Counted from the first letter of the stretch, positions 22,957-36,484 are shown. The stretch: 64,000 nucleotides of DNA from Intoshia linei (GCA_001642005.1 LWCA01000007.1:1-64000); one strand, 5' to 3'. The notes: generated from the letters alone by a model not told the origin. Program-made: numbers and translations.

Positions 22957-24839
22957 CTAAATTTCTGTTACGAGCATGACGTCATTGTCATTAGATCTGG
23001 ATAATCGTGGTTCGTTGTTTAATTTTTCTACTTCAAGAGGTATCTAAACGATAAATAAGATTGTTAAAAAAAAATTTAAACATTTTTAAGTCTTCTGACA
23101 AATAAAGGTATTTTGGATATATATTTTTTATTTGGAGAAGAGTTGTCCGATTCTGAAGCGTGACTAGTAAATGAACCATCATGGTAGCCGTTATCCATAG
23201 GTTGAACGTTTTTTATCTTTGATACAAATTGAATATTTTGGTGATTTGGGGAGTCATTTTTTCTCTTAATTTCAGTAGTGAGAATAACTGGAACCGCCTC
23301 AATGTCCGTTTTACCGTCAGTAGATACACTGTTTTTATCAAATTCAAAATGAGAATTAGTGTGATTGGTATTTGTAGCACATCTATACGAATATCGGCTG
23401 GAATGGTCTCGTGAGAATGTACTACTGGTGAGACTTTTGTGAGATTCGCGAGATTGAGTTTTATTGCACTCGTAACCACCAAAACTTTGAGTTCGTTTTT
23501 GACCTACGGAGGTGCAATAATCATACGAAGGATTAACAAATTTGTAATTATTTGGAGTAGAGGTTTTTGAAGGAAAATATTGTTTAGAGGGGTTTTTATG
23601 ATTGATTGGATCACTGGAAACTAAACTAGTGTACTCGTTCAAATGAGTATCTGAAATGTATTCAATGTTTTGCTTTCTCAGAGTAGTTTGGTCGATATCG
23701 TTGTCATATTTTCTCATTGACTCGCGTCTAGAATATCTTCGACTAGGTTTTCTCTTTATTTCGCCCGTTTTGCGTTTTGCCTGGTGTTGGAGTATAGTAG
23801 TTTGGTATTCAGTTCGGCCACTAAATCGAAATTTCGAACCTAGACGTAAGAAGTTTTTCTTGGGTAGTTTAGGTTGCGGAGCTATCAAGAGTCTGAAAAA
23901 GGAATGGTGTTCTATAGCTCTATTCCATAATTTTTTACATATTTTGGTTTTTGGTAATCTAAACACAAAAACGTGCTTTGCTTCGTCAACTTCGTCGTTG
24001 GAAATGATATTAAATATCAATTTTTTGTTTTTGCAAGATAAATTTAATATATTTGACCAAAAAAAGAGACCAATTTTCTTGAGTCCATCATAAATTAATA
24101 CACCAACTGGGGCTAATCCTAGTTTATACCAATTACCATCTTTCCCCAACACATTGTAAAAATCAACACCATACATGTCTAGTTTGGAAGCCCTGCTCAA
24201 GTAGGCTAATTCGCATTGGTTGGGTTTCAAACCAGCCAATTCCTTATATTTTTCGTAGATTGAATATTCCATGGATTCGTTCTGATTGGGGTCGAATCGA
24301 AATTCTGACACGAAAAAGGGAGTGTATTCATTTTCCCAGTCTCCCAGTTCAGATTGAAGGGACAGTGCTGCTAATTCTACCGACGTGTCGAATGGGCATT
24401 TTAAACTACCAGTGAGTATGTCATTTTTTATTTGTAAATACATCAGATATTTCGTAATGTCATCGTGTAAGTTATTGGGTTCCGATGAATAAAATTTTAC
24501 TTTAAATTTTAGGTTAATTTGGTGATTTTCTATATATTTTATTTGTTTCACCACTTTTCTGTCTGGGTCCAACCACAATTTGCTTGAAGCGTCTGAATTA
24601 TCCACACATAAACCGAAAAAACTACATTCTTCCAAGTCTAGATAATCACATAAACTTCTTAATAAATCTATAGTTTTCGTGTTTTTGCGTATTGTCGTTC
24701 TATATTCTGTAAAATCCAACAAACGAACATTACAGTGATAATCGTCATATTTGTTTTCCTTGTCTCTCTCTAGTGGACTTGTCTTTGGCTCTTTTTTATA
24801 ATTTCTTCTACTAAAGTATCGTATCAATTTGAAAGCCAT
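22957..24839 (-). CDS. EPB41L5: FERM-FA protein, EPB41L5/yurt orthologue
   Basis: VKFYSSEPNNL, CPFDTSVELAA, VSEFRF, KIGLFFW, EHHSFFRL and RLGSKFRFSGRTEYQT. The long exon 24839-23082 is followed by a predicted 38-nt intron (23081-23044) and a last exon 23043-22957 ending VMLVTEI*. Confidence 0.92.
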
Positions 24840-25351
24840 TTCAAAATCAAATTTTTTCGCGTTAATTCGAAATCATCAGACTATCACTAGTTACTGTTCA
24901 ATTAACACTGCTTGGATACAATATTTTTGTATCAACAATATCCAGTGTGACTTGATCGATTTAGATTCATACTCACGCATCAATTGGACTGTAAATTTTA
25001 ACGCAAAATTAATTCATATTTAGTATTTAATTTCACAATCTAATTTTAAAAATAATAATAATCGTGTCCGTTTTAATAAAAATTTGAGATTTTTATGCAT
25101 GAATGACTTTATCAATCAAATGCAAAATAATTTCAACAATGTCTCGAATTATAAGTTAATGTCAATTTGAATTTAATTATAATTCAGGTGAAGTCCATTT
25201 TTCAATTAAAATTTACTCAGTAGTCAATAATTGTTACGATAACTACTATCGGTATACAATGTATTTGTTGATTTCGACGTGGGAAAATTTTAATTGATAA
25301 AACAATTTATCGGTTTTAGTTGTATTTTACTCTAATGATCAGAGTCTAATC

Positions 25352-25864
25352 TAGTGCTTCTCATGGGAGTGACTGGTCACCCCAAATAGGTGAATATTTT
25401 TATGGGAGGGTGAATAGGGGTGAATGATAAATTTTTAACAAATTTTATTTAATTTAGTTAAATATGTGAAAAACAAAAATTTTACCAACTCTTAAAGAAA
25501 AAATCCCTTTTTACTAATATTTTTTTGAAAAATCGTATTTTACCAAACTTTTAAATAAAAAATGCTGCTATCAGATCCCAAAAATAAAAAACCCAATTTT
25601 ACCAACCCTTAAATAAATAATCCCCTTTTACCAATATTTTTTTGAAAAATCCAATTTTAACAAACTTTTACATACAAAAATAAAATGATGTGATCATGAG
25701 AAGATTTATGTGTATTTAAATTTAATCAATTCAGTAAACTTTACAAGTGCAAATTGTGTATTTCTACACCATTATGACATGTCATAATAATTGTTTTATT
25801 GGGGTGAGTACAACAAAAATATGTGCCGCAGGAAGTGAATGCTTAAAAAAGTTTGAGAAGCATG
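25352..25864. mobile_element. hAT-type MITE, 513 bp, between the divergent EPB41L5 and PMVK starts
   Basis: Ends TAGTGCTTCTCA / TGAGAAGCATG. Perfect 8-bp TSD GTCTAATC. Contains the 31-32-bp minisatellite. Confidence 0.85.
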
Positions 25865-26019
25865 GTCTAATCTAACGTAAGATTTAATGTCAAAGATACA
25901 TTGACAATTTTGAATGCATCTCCATTTTATAGTTTTTATGATAAACAATAGTAAACCAAACAAGTAGATCTACGTGTTTAATTTAAATTAAATTTATAAA
26001 ATCTAAATTAATAGTGTTC

Positions 26020-29000
26020 ATGCAACTTCCGAAACTAGTAATTTTAATTTCTGGGAAAAGAAAATGCGGCAAAGATTTTTATTCCAACGTTCTGACAGAA
26101 AAGTAAGTTTCTATGTTAATTTTAATTGATATTAATATAAAATAAATTCAAATTAACTTTTAACGTTTTAACAACTTATTCATTTCCATGTCATTTATTG
26201 ACAGTCATTATGGAAACAAATGGAACACAAGAATGAAAAATAAAACCATAAATAAACATCTATAAATATTATCGTTTTTGACCATGAAGGTTTAACTTTG
26301 TGTCATTGAAATTTTTTATGTGTTAACTGGCAAAAGATGTATCTTTTTTAAAATTCTAAGACTCTTTCATTTAAAAAAAAGATAATTGCGGTTTTTTACA
26401 TTGAAGGAGTTAATTTCTGATGAAACCTCAAACGCGAAAAACTGTATTAGAAATTGGTCTTTTTAAAATTCTATACATCTTATTTTCTTAAATAAACTAG
26501 AACAGACAGACTAAAAGACATGCATATTTAGCTAATTTACTTTATAACTTGTTTCCGCTTGGGACCAAAACTATGACTTGCGGTCCGTCAGATTCAAATA
26601 ATATATAAAAAAAATTTTATCAATTTTTTTTAATTTTAGAATTTTTAAAATTTATTACAGCGCTGCCAGTAGTGATTGTACCGGGACAAAATTCTCGGGA
26701 TTTCCCGAAAAAAAGTGATACATACCTGTATTTTATTTATGTTTGTTATTACTATGAAAATATGATTATATTTTTATATACCAAATATTATAATATTTAA
26801 AATTTACCATTTCAAAAATCCCACCACTAATAAAATTTAATCAAAAATACCATTTCAAGCTCTCATGCAAAAATTGACTTACACCGATATTCTTTTAAAT
26901 AATGCGATGTTACGAAATCTTATGAAAAAAATCCACTTCATCAAACCACAAATAAAAAATCTAATTTTCCAGCCCTTAATGGAAAAATATCCTTTTTCCA
27001 ATACTTTTTTTAAAAACCTCTTATTCCAACCACAAATTACTAACGCTTAAGGGAATTATCCTCATCTTCCAATATTATTTTAAAATATATTATGAGTTAT
27101 TACGAACTGGAACGCTATCATTAAGATGTTAAAATTAAAGGAATTATTAAAGGAAAATTAAATTTGAAGTTTATATGACCGTTCAACATACGTCAACACA
27201 ACATGATAGAAATTTCTCTACTGCTTCTAATTTCGTTACAAAACGAAAAACGCAGAACGCGTTTAAAAGACGAATCTATCAATATTATGTGTGTTTTAAA
27301 ACACTTTTTCAACAATCAAAAATAAATAAATTTTTTTCTAATTAAATTTGTAAATTTCAATCTAGATTCGTGTTATTTCATTAATTAAATTTTTTTTTTT
27401 TCTAAAATTAATTAAGGCCTTTAAAATTTTTAATGCTTCTATATTATGTATGAATAAAATTTTTTTATTTTTCTTAGAAAATTTTATTTTTAATTTCTCG
27501 GTTTTCGACTTTTGTCATTTTTCGGGAAATCACAATGACTAGTTGCCAGATGTTGTCAATTCACGCTAACGCCTAGACGACCGCTATATTATTTTTTAAA
27601 AAATCTCATTAATATAAATTAATAAAAAATACCATCAGAGAAAAATCTACTTTTATCTACCGACATTTTTTTGAAAAATCCGATTTTACCAAATGTTATG
27701 AACAACAACTTCTTAATTTAAAACCCAAAATAAAAAATTCCATTTTACCAACCTAAATTAAAGGGAAATTCCCCTTTTTCCATTATTTTGTTCAAAATTC
27801 CGATTTTATCAAATCTTACGAACAACAACTTCTAAAACAAAACCCAAAATAAAAAAACACGATTTTACCAAACCTTATGAGAAAAAACGTTTTATTTTAT
27901 CATAAATATTATATATTTCATGTTTCCTTATATGTTGAAATGGGGATCTGTATTACGGATTCAGTACATTATTTGAATCGGGAACCACTGCTTTATAAGA
28001 AAGGATGATAATAATAAATTGGAAATAATAACTCCCAAAAATTATAAATAAACGGCGTGCATTTATCGCGGTATTTTTCTTATTGATTTGTCAGTGGAAA
28101 CATTGATTTTTCAGTATTGTAGATGGTTTGTCAGTATTTTAGGTGCCAATTGACAAGGTGTCAGTATAAATAATTGATTTTCAGTATTTAAAGGGGAAGG
28201 GCAGTAAAAAAAATTATTTTGTCAGTACTTTACATATACTGTCAGTATTTAAATTGAATGACAAATTTCATAAAAAAATATTTTTTGGTGTGAACACCAG
28301 AACCGTTTTAAGGCATGGGCTGTATCCCAGGGTTACTCAATAAAAAGACCCCCAAATTAATAAAAGTACTTTACATTTATATCTTAAAATGCTTCACATT
28401 TATATCTTAAGGAACAGTTTATAATTTTTGAAGTGTGAGAATTCAAATAGCTAGAAAGAATCTTGAGTAAACTAAATGTGATGTCGAATGATAAGTTGAA
28501 TACTTCATGTGATAATCTTACAGCAGTTTATAGCAAAGATTTGGAAAAAAATGATTTAGTAATAGAATGTCAACAATTTGAACATTATACATATCAAAAA
28601 TGTTATTGCTTGTTTTTTCCCAATCAAAATAAAGTTATAAAAGTTGATAAATTGGAATCACCATTTCCTAATATTGAACTCTACATGAAAATGTTTGCTT
28701 CAACGATGGTTGCAAATTGCAATATGAATGTAAAATATGTTTTTCTCAACTAAAAATAATTAAGAATGAACTTCGAAATTGCTTAGATCATCCTCGTTTG
28801 AATGCGCTCTCCTTAATGTATATTGAGAATGATATTTCGAATGATATTAGTTTTGACAATATCATATCTGATTTCTCTCAGAAAAAAGTGAGAAAACAAC
28901 ATTGATGAAGAATTGTCAAGAATTTTTTGTGACTGCATGGTGCATATTTTCAAATGAAAAACTAAACTTTGTTCATTAATTAATGTAAGTAGGTTTCTGT

Positions 29001-30622
29001 AAAAGAAATAAAAGTTACTAGAAACCTACATAATATCTTTTAATGCTTTTATTAATACTCAATGACATAAGACTCTAAGTCTTTAACCAACAGTATGCCC
29101 TGTCTTCTAAACAGGAAACCTATTTTTTTTATTGCTTCGCTCGAAATTTTAAAGGGTCCCCGACCCTTTGCTTAGCCCAGGGCCACGAAGTGGCTTAAGA
29201 CGGCTCTGGTGAACACCATATAATATTTCTAATTTTTTTGTAAAATGGTTTGTAGGTATAATATGGTATCTTAATATTTCAGTTTTAACTTGGGTTTGTA
29301 GTGAATGATATATTATTTCAAAAACTAGATTTTTAATTTTTATACTGACACTCCAAAATCATCAAACTTACAATTCAATTTTTTTACTGACAAAATACTT
29401 TTTGTTATTGATATTTTAGTGTGTATACTGACAATTTTATGTTAAAAATACAGAACATTTTTTATTAAAAAATGTCAGTATTTAATTAAAATACTGACAA
29501 ATTAATTACTCCCCTAAATAAACCAATCAGTTATAATTATAATTCTTAAAATCAAATAAGGCATCCCGTGCAAAATTCATTTTTACAATAACAAAAAGTG
29601 GATAGTCTAGGTTTCATATATATTATGGGCTTACTAAAAGTCCTTACTAAACATTTGTGAAATTATGAATCTGTCCAAAAATTATTTATGTTTAGGGCCC
29701 AGTTAATTTAACTATAAAAGATCTTAAAAGGTAAAGTATTATAAAATATAAAGTATTATCGTTTGTTTATTTCATGTGGAATTATTTAAGTTACATTATG
29801 AATACTTTTAGGTATCCAGGATGTAAAGTAATTACAATGGCGAAACCTGTCAAACGGGTTTTTGCGGAGGTATGTATTTTAATCTAAAAGAGAATTCTCA
29901 ACTTTCCCAAACATGGTTAATTTAAGCCCATACATTTTCCATGTCCCATAAAATTTTTGTTAATTCAAATAATGAAATTTCAGAGGTTTGAACAGTAAAG
30001 TTATCTAATTTTTTTTTTATACAGTAAGGTTTCAAATTTTTGGATTAATTTATTATTAATGACGACTAATCTTTACTCGGCAGACATGGATACGTTTTCA
30101 CTGTTTAATCTATAAATGTAGAAATATAACTTGGATTATGATTTAATGTGCACTGATTCAAATTATAAAGAAAAATACCGCAAAGAAATGATAAAATGGG
30201 TGATTGATAATACTAAAGTCGATGTAGATTATTTAGCCAAATTAACTTTACAACAATATGACAAATATTCACCCGTAATAGTCAATAAAATAAAGTTATG
30301 TAAAATACCTTAGATTTTAATCGTATCGGACGTTAGACGAGTTACTGATGCAGATTACTTTAAAGTTTTCTTTAAGGAAACAAATTGCAAACTAATACGT
30401 ATTGCTGCCAACTTAGATGCCCGAAAACTGCGTGGGTTCAAATTTGTACCTGGTAATGAATATCCAAATTTTAATAAATCTTTAATAGGAATAGACGACT
30501 GCCCATCAGAATGCAATATGGACGCCTATGAATATGATTATTTAATTGACACTTCAACAAACTCTACACTAGAAAAAACTAAAAATGATTTTGAACCATA
30601 CATTGACGCTTTATTCAAATAA
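26020..30622 (+). CDS. PMVK: Phosphomevalonate kinase, animal type
   Basis: Exon 1 (26020-26102) reads MQLPKLVILISGKRKCGKDF. After a 3.7-kb intron come AKPVKRVFAE, YKEKYRKEMIKW, IVSDVRRVTD, RGFKFVPGIDDCPSEC; stop at 30620-30622. Confidence 0.93.
26670..27541. mobile_element. Non-autonomous TIR element, 872 bp, in PMVK intron 1
   Basis: TIR TAGTGATTGT / ACAATGACTA with subterminal CCCG/CGGGA motifs. 8-bp TSD GCTGCCAG / GTTGCCAG (7/8). A second copy end lies at 1-119. Confidence 0.8.
27630..27890. repeat. 31-32-bp degenerate minisatellite
   Basis: Repeated GAAAAATCCGATTTTACCAAA / TTTTACCAACC units, same family as 20464-20760 and 25480-25670. Confidence 0.65.
28298..29208 (+). mobile_element. 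Internally deleted hAT transposon, 911 bp, with frameshifted transposase C-terminus
   Basis: TIR CAGAACCGTTTTAAG / CTTAAGACGGCTCTG (13/15). Perfect TSD GTGAACAC at 28290-28297 and 29209-29216. ORFs 28463-28753 and 28717-28905 carry hAT dimerisation-domain motifs FPNI..VANCEC..FSQLKIIKNELR..RLNALSLMYIEND. Confidence 0.93.
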
Positions 30623-30688
30623 TATTCATCTCGTTGGATATTTAAATAAATTATTCATCATTTTTTATTCATTACATTATTCTCTCAC

Positions 30689-33600
30689 ATGACGTTGGTA
30701 AATTTGAAATTTTTTTTTATTTTTTCGTGTTTCTAGTTAAAGAACATTGGTCGTTTTCTACAAAGTAGAAAATGCGTCTATGTAAATTCGAGATTTGTTT
30801 CGACCAAAAAAGTAATATAAAAAGTTAAAATAAATTTAATTTTCTAGTTTTTCGATAAATATGAAATTGTGGATCATGAATATGATGCACTGGTAATTGG
30901 AGCCGGTGGCGCGGGCCTTAGGGCAGCATTTGGTTTATCTCAGGCTGGGTTTAAAACGGCGTGTGTTTCGAAATTGTTTCCGACAAGATCCCACACGGTG
31001 GCTGCACAAGGAGGAATAAATGCAGCTTTATCTAACAATAAGGATTCTTTAGACGATAAATGGGAATATCACTTTTTTGACACGGTCAAGGGAGGAGACT
31101 GGTTAGGTGATCAAGATGCTATTCAGTTTATGTGCGAAAAGGCCCCTGAAGCTGTTATTGAGGTAATTTGTGTGGAAAATAAATTTTTTATGTATACTTT
31201 ATATGTAGCTTGAAAATTATGGGATGCCTTTTAGTAGGACCAATGAAGGGAAAATTTATCAGAGAGCCTTTGGTGGACAAAGTCTCAAATATGGCAAAGG
31301 TGGGCAAGCTTATCGGGCCTGTTGTGTGGCTGATCGAACTGGCCATTCCATGTTGCATACTTTATATGGAAATGTAATTTTATTGACGTGAATGTTTAAT
31401 AATGTCATTTGACTAGTCTTTAAAATACGAGACAAAATATTTTATTGAGCATTTTGCTCTCAATTTACTAATGTCCAATGGTCGATGCAATGGAGTTATT
31501 ACTATGAATATGGAGGACGGAAATTTTCACAGAATTCGAGCAAATAATACTGTTATTGCTACCGGGTTAGTTTTGATTCATTTTTATATAATATGTTTTA
31601 GTGGGTACGGTAGAGTTTATTTTTCTTGCACTGCCGCACATACCTGTACCGGTGACGGTACTGCCATGACAGCTCGTGCTGGCATTTATAATCAAGATAT
31701 GGAATTTGTTCAGTTTCATCCCACCGGTTATTCTTTACTTTATTAGGGTTAGTAGTTAAAAAAATGTTAAAGCAGTGTGGATTAAAATTTACTAGATTTT
31801 TTAATAAAGAAGATTAATTGGTTAAAATCTGGTTTGAAATTAAAATTTTAAAAGGATCTATAGTTTACGTCGACGAAAAGGGTGTATACCACTGGTTTAA
31901 AGTTATGCATGTTACTATTTACTTTTTTAGGGATTTATGGGGCAGGGTGTTTAGTCACTGAAGGTTGCAGAGGAGAGGGTGGCTATTTCATCAATAGTGA
32001 AGGTGAAGCTTTTATGGAGCGATATTCACCAATTGCAAAGAATCTGGCTTCCAGGGATGTTGTTTCTAGGGCAATAATAACGGAAATCAACGAGGGAAGG
32101 TTAATTTTAAAAAAAATTGTAAAAAATAACTATTAGCTGTGATTTTTTTAATTTCTAAGACTTTTGGTTTTTAAAAAATCGTAATATGTGGTTGTGATCA
32201 TTAAGATGCAAGCTTTTAAGGTTGTAATTTATGATAATGTATATGATTTAAAGAACTAACCATAATTTGTGTTTTATGAAATTCTAAGACTTTATATTTA
32301 AACAAAGGGTTATTTGGAGTTTTGACCATGAAATTACAAGTTTCTGAGGTTAAAATATACGATTGATTTTAAAACTTTTAAACCTTTTTTATTTTTAAAA
32401 AAAGCGTTATTTAGGTTTTTATCCCTGAAGGTTTAAATTTCCTGAAAAAATTAATCCCGAAAAATCGCCACTTCAAAAATGAAAAATAGACCAAAAAATT
32501 AATCAAAATTCAAAAATAATGTAAAATTTTCGATTTAAGGAGGAATATATAATAAAAAAATCAAAATATAACCTTAGTGACGTATTCAGGATTAAGGGGG
32601 TTTTTAAACAAAATTATGTGGTCTACACATTTTTTTTGTGACAAGTGGTCCATGGTGAAAAACGTTTGGGAACCACTATACTAATGGGTAACAATAAACG
32701 TTAAATTTAAAAAGTTTAACGTTCATAGAATACATGTATCTATTTAGAGGAGTGGGACCAGAAAAAGATCATACATATTTAAATTTATCGCATTTATCAC
32801 CAGAATTATTAAACAAGAGACTACCCGGTATATTAGAAACTGTTCAAATTTTTTCGGGTGTTGATGCTACCAAAGATCCAATCCCTGTTATTCCTACAGC
32901 TCATTATAATATGGGTGGAATACCTACAAATTATAATGGCCAGGTAATTTATATATTAAGAGTATTCAAATATTAATCATTTTTAAAGTATAGTCTCAAT
33001 TAGGTTATTAAAATGGTTGACGGGAAACAATCGATAGTTGAAGGTTTATATGCAGCCGGCGAATCTGCATGTGTATCTGTACACGGAGCAAACAGACTTG
33101 GTGCAAATTCTTTGCTTGATTTAGTCATATTTGGCAGAGCATGCGCTCACAATATTTCTGAGAATTTTAAGCCTGGTCAAGCGATACCTGAAATTGACGA
33201 TGTATAATCAAATTAAATTATAAGTATAATGATATAAATATAATCAAAAGCGAAATTTATGTCTCAATTTTATATTTTTTAGGATTCTGGAAAAGAGTCT
33301 GTGGGTGTGATTGACGATTTATTGAAATCTACTGGTACCAATTGGGGTTCTGCGTTAAGGTTGAAATTACAAAAGGTTTGTTTTGGCATCTTGTTATATT
33401 TATTATGTAGAGCCGTTTCGTAAACTGGTATATATCTCCCACTTAAATTTTAGCTTTTTAGGATGTTTAGAAAATTTAAAGTTGTAAATATGATTATGAT
33501 TTGTATATCTAATTGAAATGTACAATATTCATATAAATTTAAAATTAAGTATATAAAACAACAAAATATTCTTGAAACTTTTATTACATAGTTTAAATTT

Positions 33601-35083
33601 TTTTAGCAGAACTACATTTCAAATGTGCTGTTTTATTGAGTTTAACTTATTTTAAATACTTTTCAGTGTTTTTACATTTTCACCAATCCGTAGTATTATA
33701 AAAGTTTAGTTGATTAATGGATATGCCAAGTCGTTTAAAATCTTTAGTATACGTTTTAGCTTTATGTTTAGGTGATGCAAAAACACGCTGGTGTGTTTAG
33801 AGATGGCCAACAATTAAAGGAAGGTTGTACGGCTTTGAAAGAAATATTTGATGAAGCAAAACAATTGAAAGTATTTTAAATGATAATTATATGCCATTTT
33901 TAGTTTTTATAATCATAATTAAAATTTTGTTAAAATGTAGTATAATTATAATGAGACCTTAATCAAGGCTCTTAATTAATTAATTTTTTGGTTATAGATA
34001 CTGTATGTATATAAAAACAATTATTGTAAAAGCTCTTTAAATATCATTTAAATGTTAGATTAGATAGTTTCCTCTCCCATTTTCGATTTATTAATCATTA
34101 TACATTGTGAATATAAGACTGTAACGATAAACATTTAGTAGCAATATAAAAAATCAATTTTAAGAAATTTTTAACTGCCCATCAATATTTAAAAATGTAA
34201 AAAGGATTGTCCTAGGACCTAGGCGATTAACAGAAAAGGCTTAGATTGTTGAATTATAGGGAAGAATGTATATTTTTATAAACATTTAGTTGACTGATAA
34301 AACCCTCATTTGGAATACAGAGTTAATTGAAACTTTGGAATTGATTAATCTTATATCTAATGCAATGGAAACAATGTATTCCGCAGAAAATAGGAAGGAA
34401 AGTAGGGGAGCTCATTCTCGAAAAGATTATCCTGTAATTACATTATAGTATACTAAATTATATCAATATTTAACGATTTTTTTGTTGTCCTTGCATCAAG
34501 GTGAAAAATAGTTATTACATTTGTATAAAAATGATTCCTGCTGAGCCCAAAAAGTTAAATACTTTATACAGAACCTATACCAAAACGTTTTACACCTGTA
34601 AATTAAAAACACTAGGCCCTTACCGTCTACGACCATGAATGTTGTTTAAAGGTCAAAATGCACCAAATTCAATTTTTTTTACATTATACTCAGCCCCCTT
34701 TACCAACAATATTACACAAGCCTCTCGCCTACTATGTTGTGCATTATTCACAATTTACTATATTTGTTTTTAAAGTCAACTTCGCTCGAATTAATTGTGC
34801 AACTTTGGATTTAATTTTGTATATTATTTTATTGATTAGAATAGAATAGACGAATATGACTACACGAAACCTTTAACAGGACAAATGAAAAAACAGTTTG
34901 ATAGTCATTGGCGAAGACATACAATGTCCAATTTTGACGTGCAATCTGGAAAAGTAATGAATGAATCATATTTATTTGTTTTAATTTAATTTTTTGTAGG
35001 TAGACTTTTTGTACCGTCCGGTGGTTGATAAAACAATTGATAAAAAAGTAGAAACAATTCCTCCTCAATTAAGAGTTTATTAA
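30689..35083 (+). CDS. SDHA: Succinate dehydrogenase flavoprotein subunit
   Basis: [28 protein letters not shown] (FAD His), [40 protein letters not shown] and C-terminal IPPQLRVY*. The start is inferred from a 9-nt first exon (ATGACGTTG|GT) plus a basic presequence-like exon. Confidence 0.97.
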
Positions 35084-35108
35084 AATAAACATTTACATAA
35101 TAAAAATT

Positions 35109-35611
35109 TTACTCTTGCATTTCTTGATTTGTATTATTTTCAGAGGCTGATTTTAAATCTTCAAAATTTTTACAAACTTCTAAAGTATCCTTAACAAGCT
35201 GCTTTCGTTTAATGTGATTTTCAGAGTTTATTTCTACCTTTATTTGATCGATGTCACAGAGTAATTTGGTTAAACCCTCATCTATACCTGTTACATTAAT
35301 TTTTTTATCTTGATCAATATAGTTTTTCAACGATTTTTCAAATGCTTCCAGTCTCCTACGAATTTTGATAAATTCGTTTTCTGTTGTATCTACAGGAACT
35401 ATCGACAACTATTTAATAGAGTTTATATTATGATATGCTATATTTTGGAACGTACCGGTTTCATGGTGACATTAGGATTATCCCATGTTGTGGTTTTATT
35501 CTTATGATCTATATAATATATTCGATTGGATTCTTTATGTATAGCTGCTTCCCACCCATCAGGAAGTTTTTCTTTTAGTTTATCGCTGTGGTTTTCCTTT
35601 AGCATGATCAT
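35109..35611 (-). CDS. Miniature WW + BAG domain co-chaperone (BAG3-like), about 151 aa
   Basis: Exon 35611-35456 encodes a WW domain (LPDGWE..RIYYIDHKNKTTTWDNP). After a 47-nt intron, exon 35408-35109 encodes BAG-like helices (IDEGLTKLLCDIDQI..KRKQLVK). Confidence 0.78.
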
Positions 35612-35718
35612 TAAATCAAAACGCAAATGTATCTAATATGTAATACGAAAAGACTCAATGTCTCCGTTTCTACAGCTACATATAATCAGATCAATTTGTT
35701 ACTTTATTTTGTTTTAAT

Positions 35719-36484
35719 ATGGAATATGTAGTGCTAGTTAAACATAAAGTTGCAATGTATAAAATCAAACCGAGAACTTCTAACCAACCGTACAAGTGAG
35801 TTTAATATCGAAATATATGAGTCATTTTTTCCAAAGTAAAATAAAATTGAAAAAATAAATACATTGTAGTTTGTAATTGAAGAATTAAATTAAATTGAAA
35901 AGTTTAGAGCCCAAAAATGGTTGGAAAACGACCCAAACTGGATAGGCAAATTACAAGTAATTGTAATTGGCGAAACTGATTGTAAAATAAGATTGGTTGA
36001 CGAATTAACCAACAAGTTATTTGCTGAAGCAGTTATCGAACCGGACTATCCAAACGGAACTTCTTTTGAAACAGTGAGTGATTCGTCCAGATATTTTGCC
36101 ATTACACTCCTATCACCGTCTGGTCGTAAATGCACTGTAGGTATAGGTTTCAATGAACGCTCGGATTCTTTTGATTTAACCGCAGCGTTAAATGATCATT
36201 TTGATCGCCTTGTTAGACACAAACCGACAAAACCAGTTGTAATCGACAGCTCAAATGCCAATTTAGATGAATCAGAGCAATATGCGCTGCAAGTAAAACA
36301 ACAAAATGAAGATATCAATAATCGAGCTCACGAAGAATGTAGAAAACTTAAACTCTCAGATAACGAAAAAATTAAATTGAATCTCAACTTTTCCGATAGC
36401 AAAACAAATGACCACAATAAACCTCACAAGTTCTCAGGAAATTTGCTCAGTGGTGGTCTCTTGCCACCTCCACCAAAAAGATAA
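35719..36484 (+). CDS. NECAP: Adaptin ear-binding coat-associated protein
   Basis: Exon 1 MEYVVLVK..YKIKPRTSNQPY; exon 2 W..DPNWIGKL..LFAEA..ETVSDSSRYF..VGIGFNERSDSFDL..LNDHF (PHear domain), then IKLNL and LLPPPP. Confidence 0.92.

Noticed and set aside
23213-24093. Alternative-frame and antisense ORFs over EPB41L5 (likewise over the serpin, SPT6 and the death-domain gene)
   Set aside because: These are shadow ORFs of real coding sequence with no motifs of their own.
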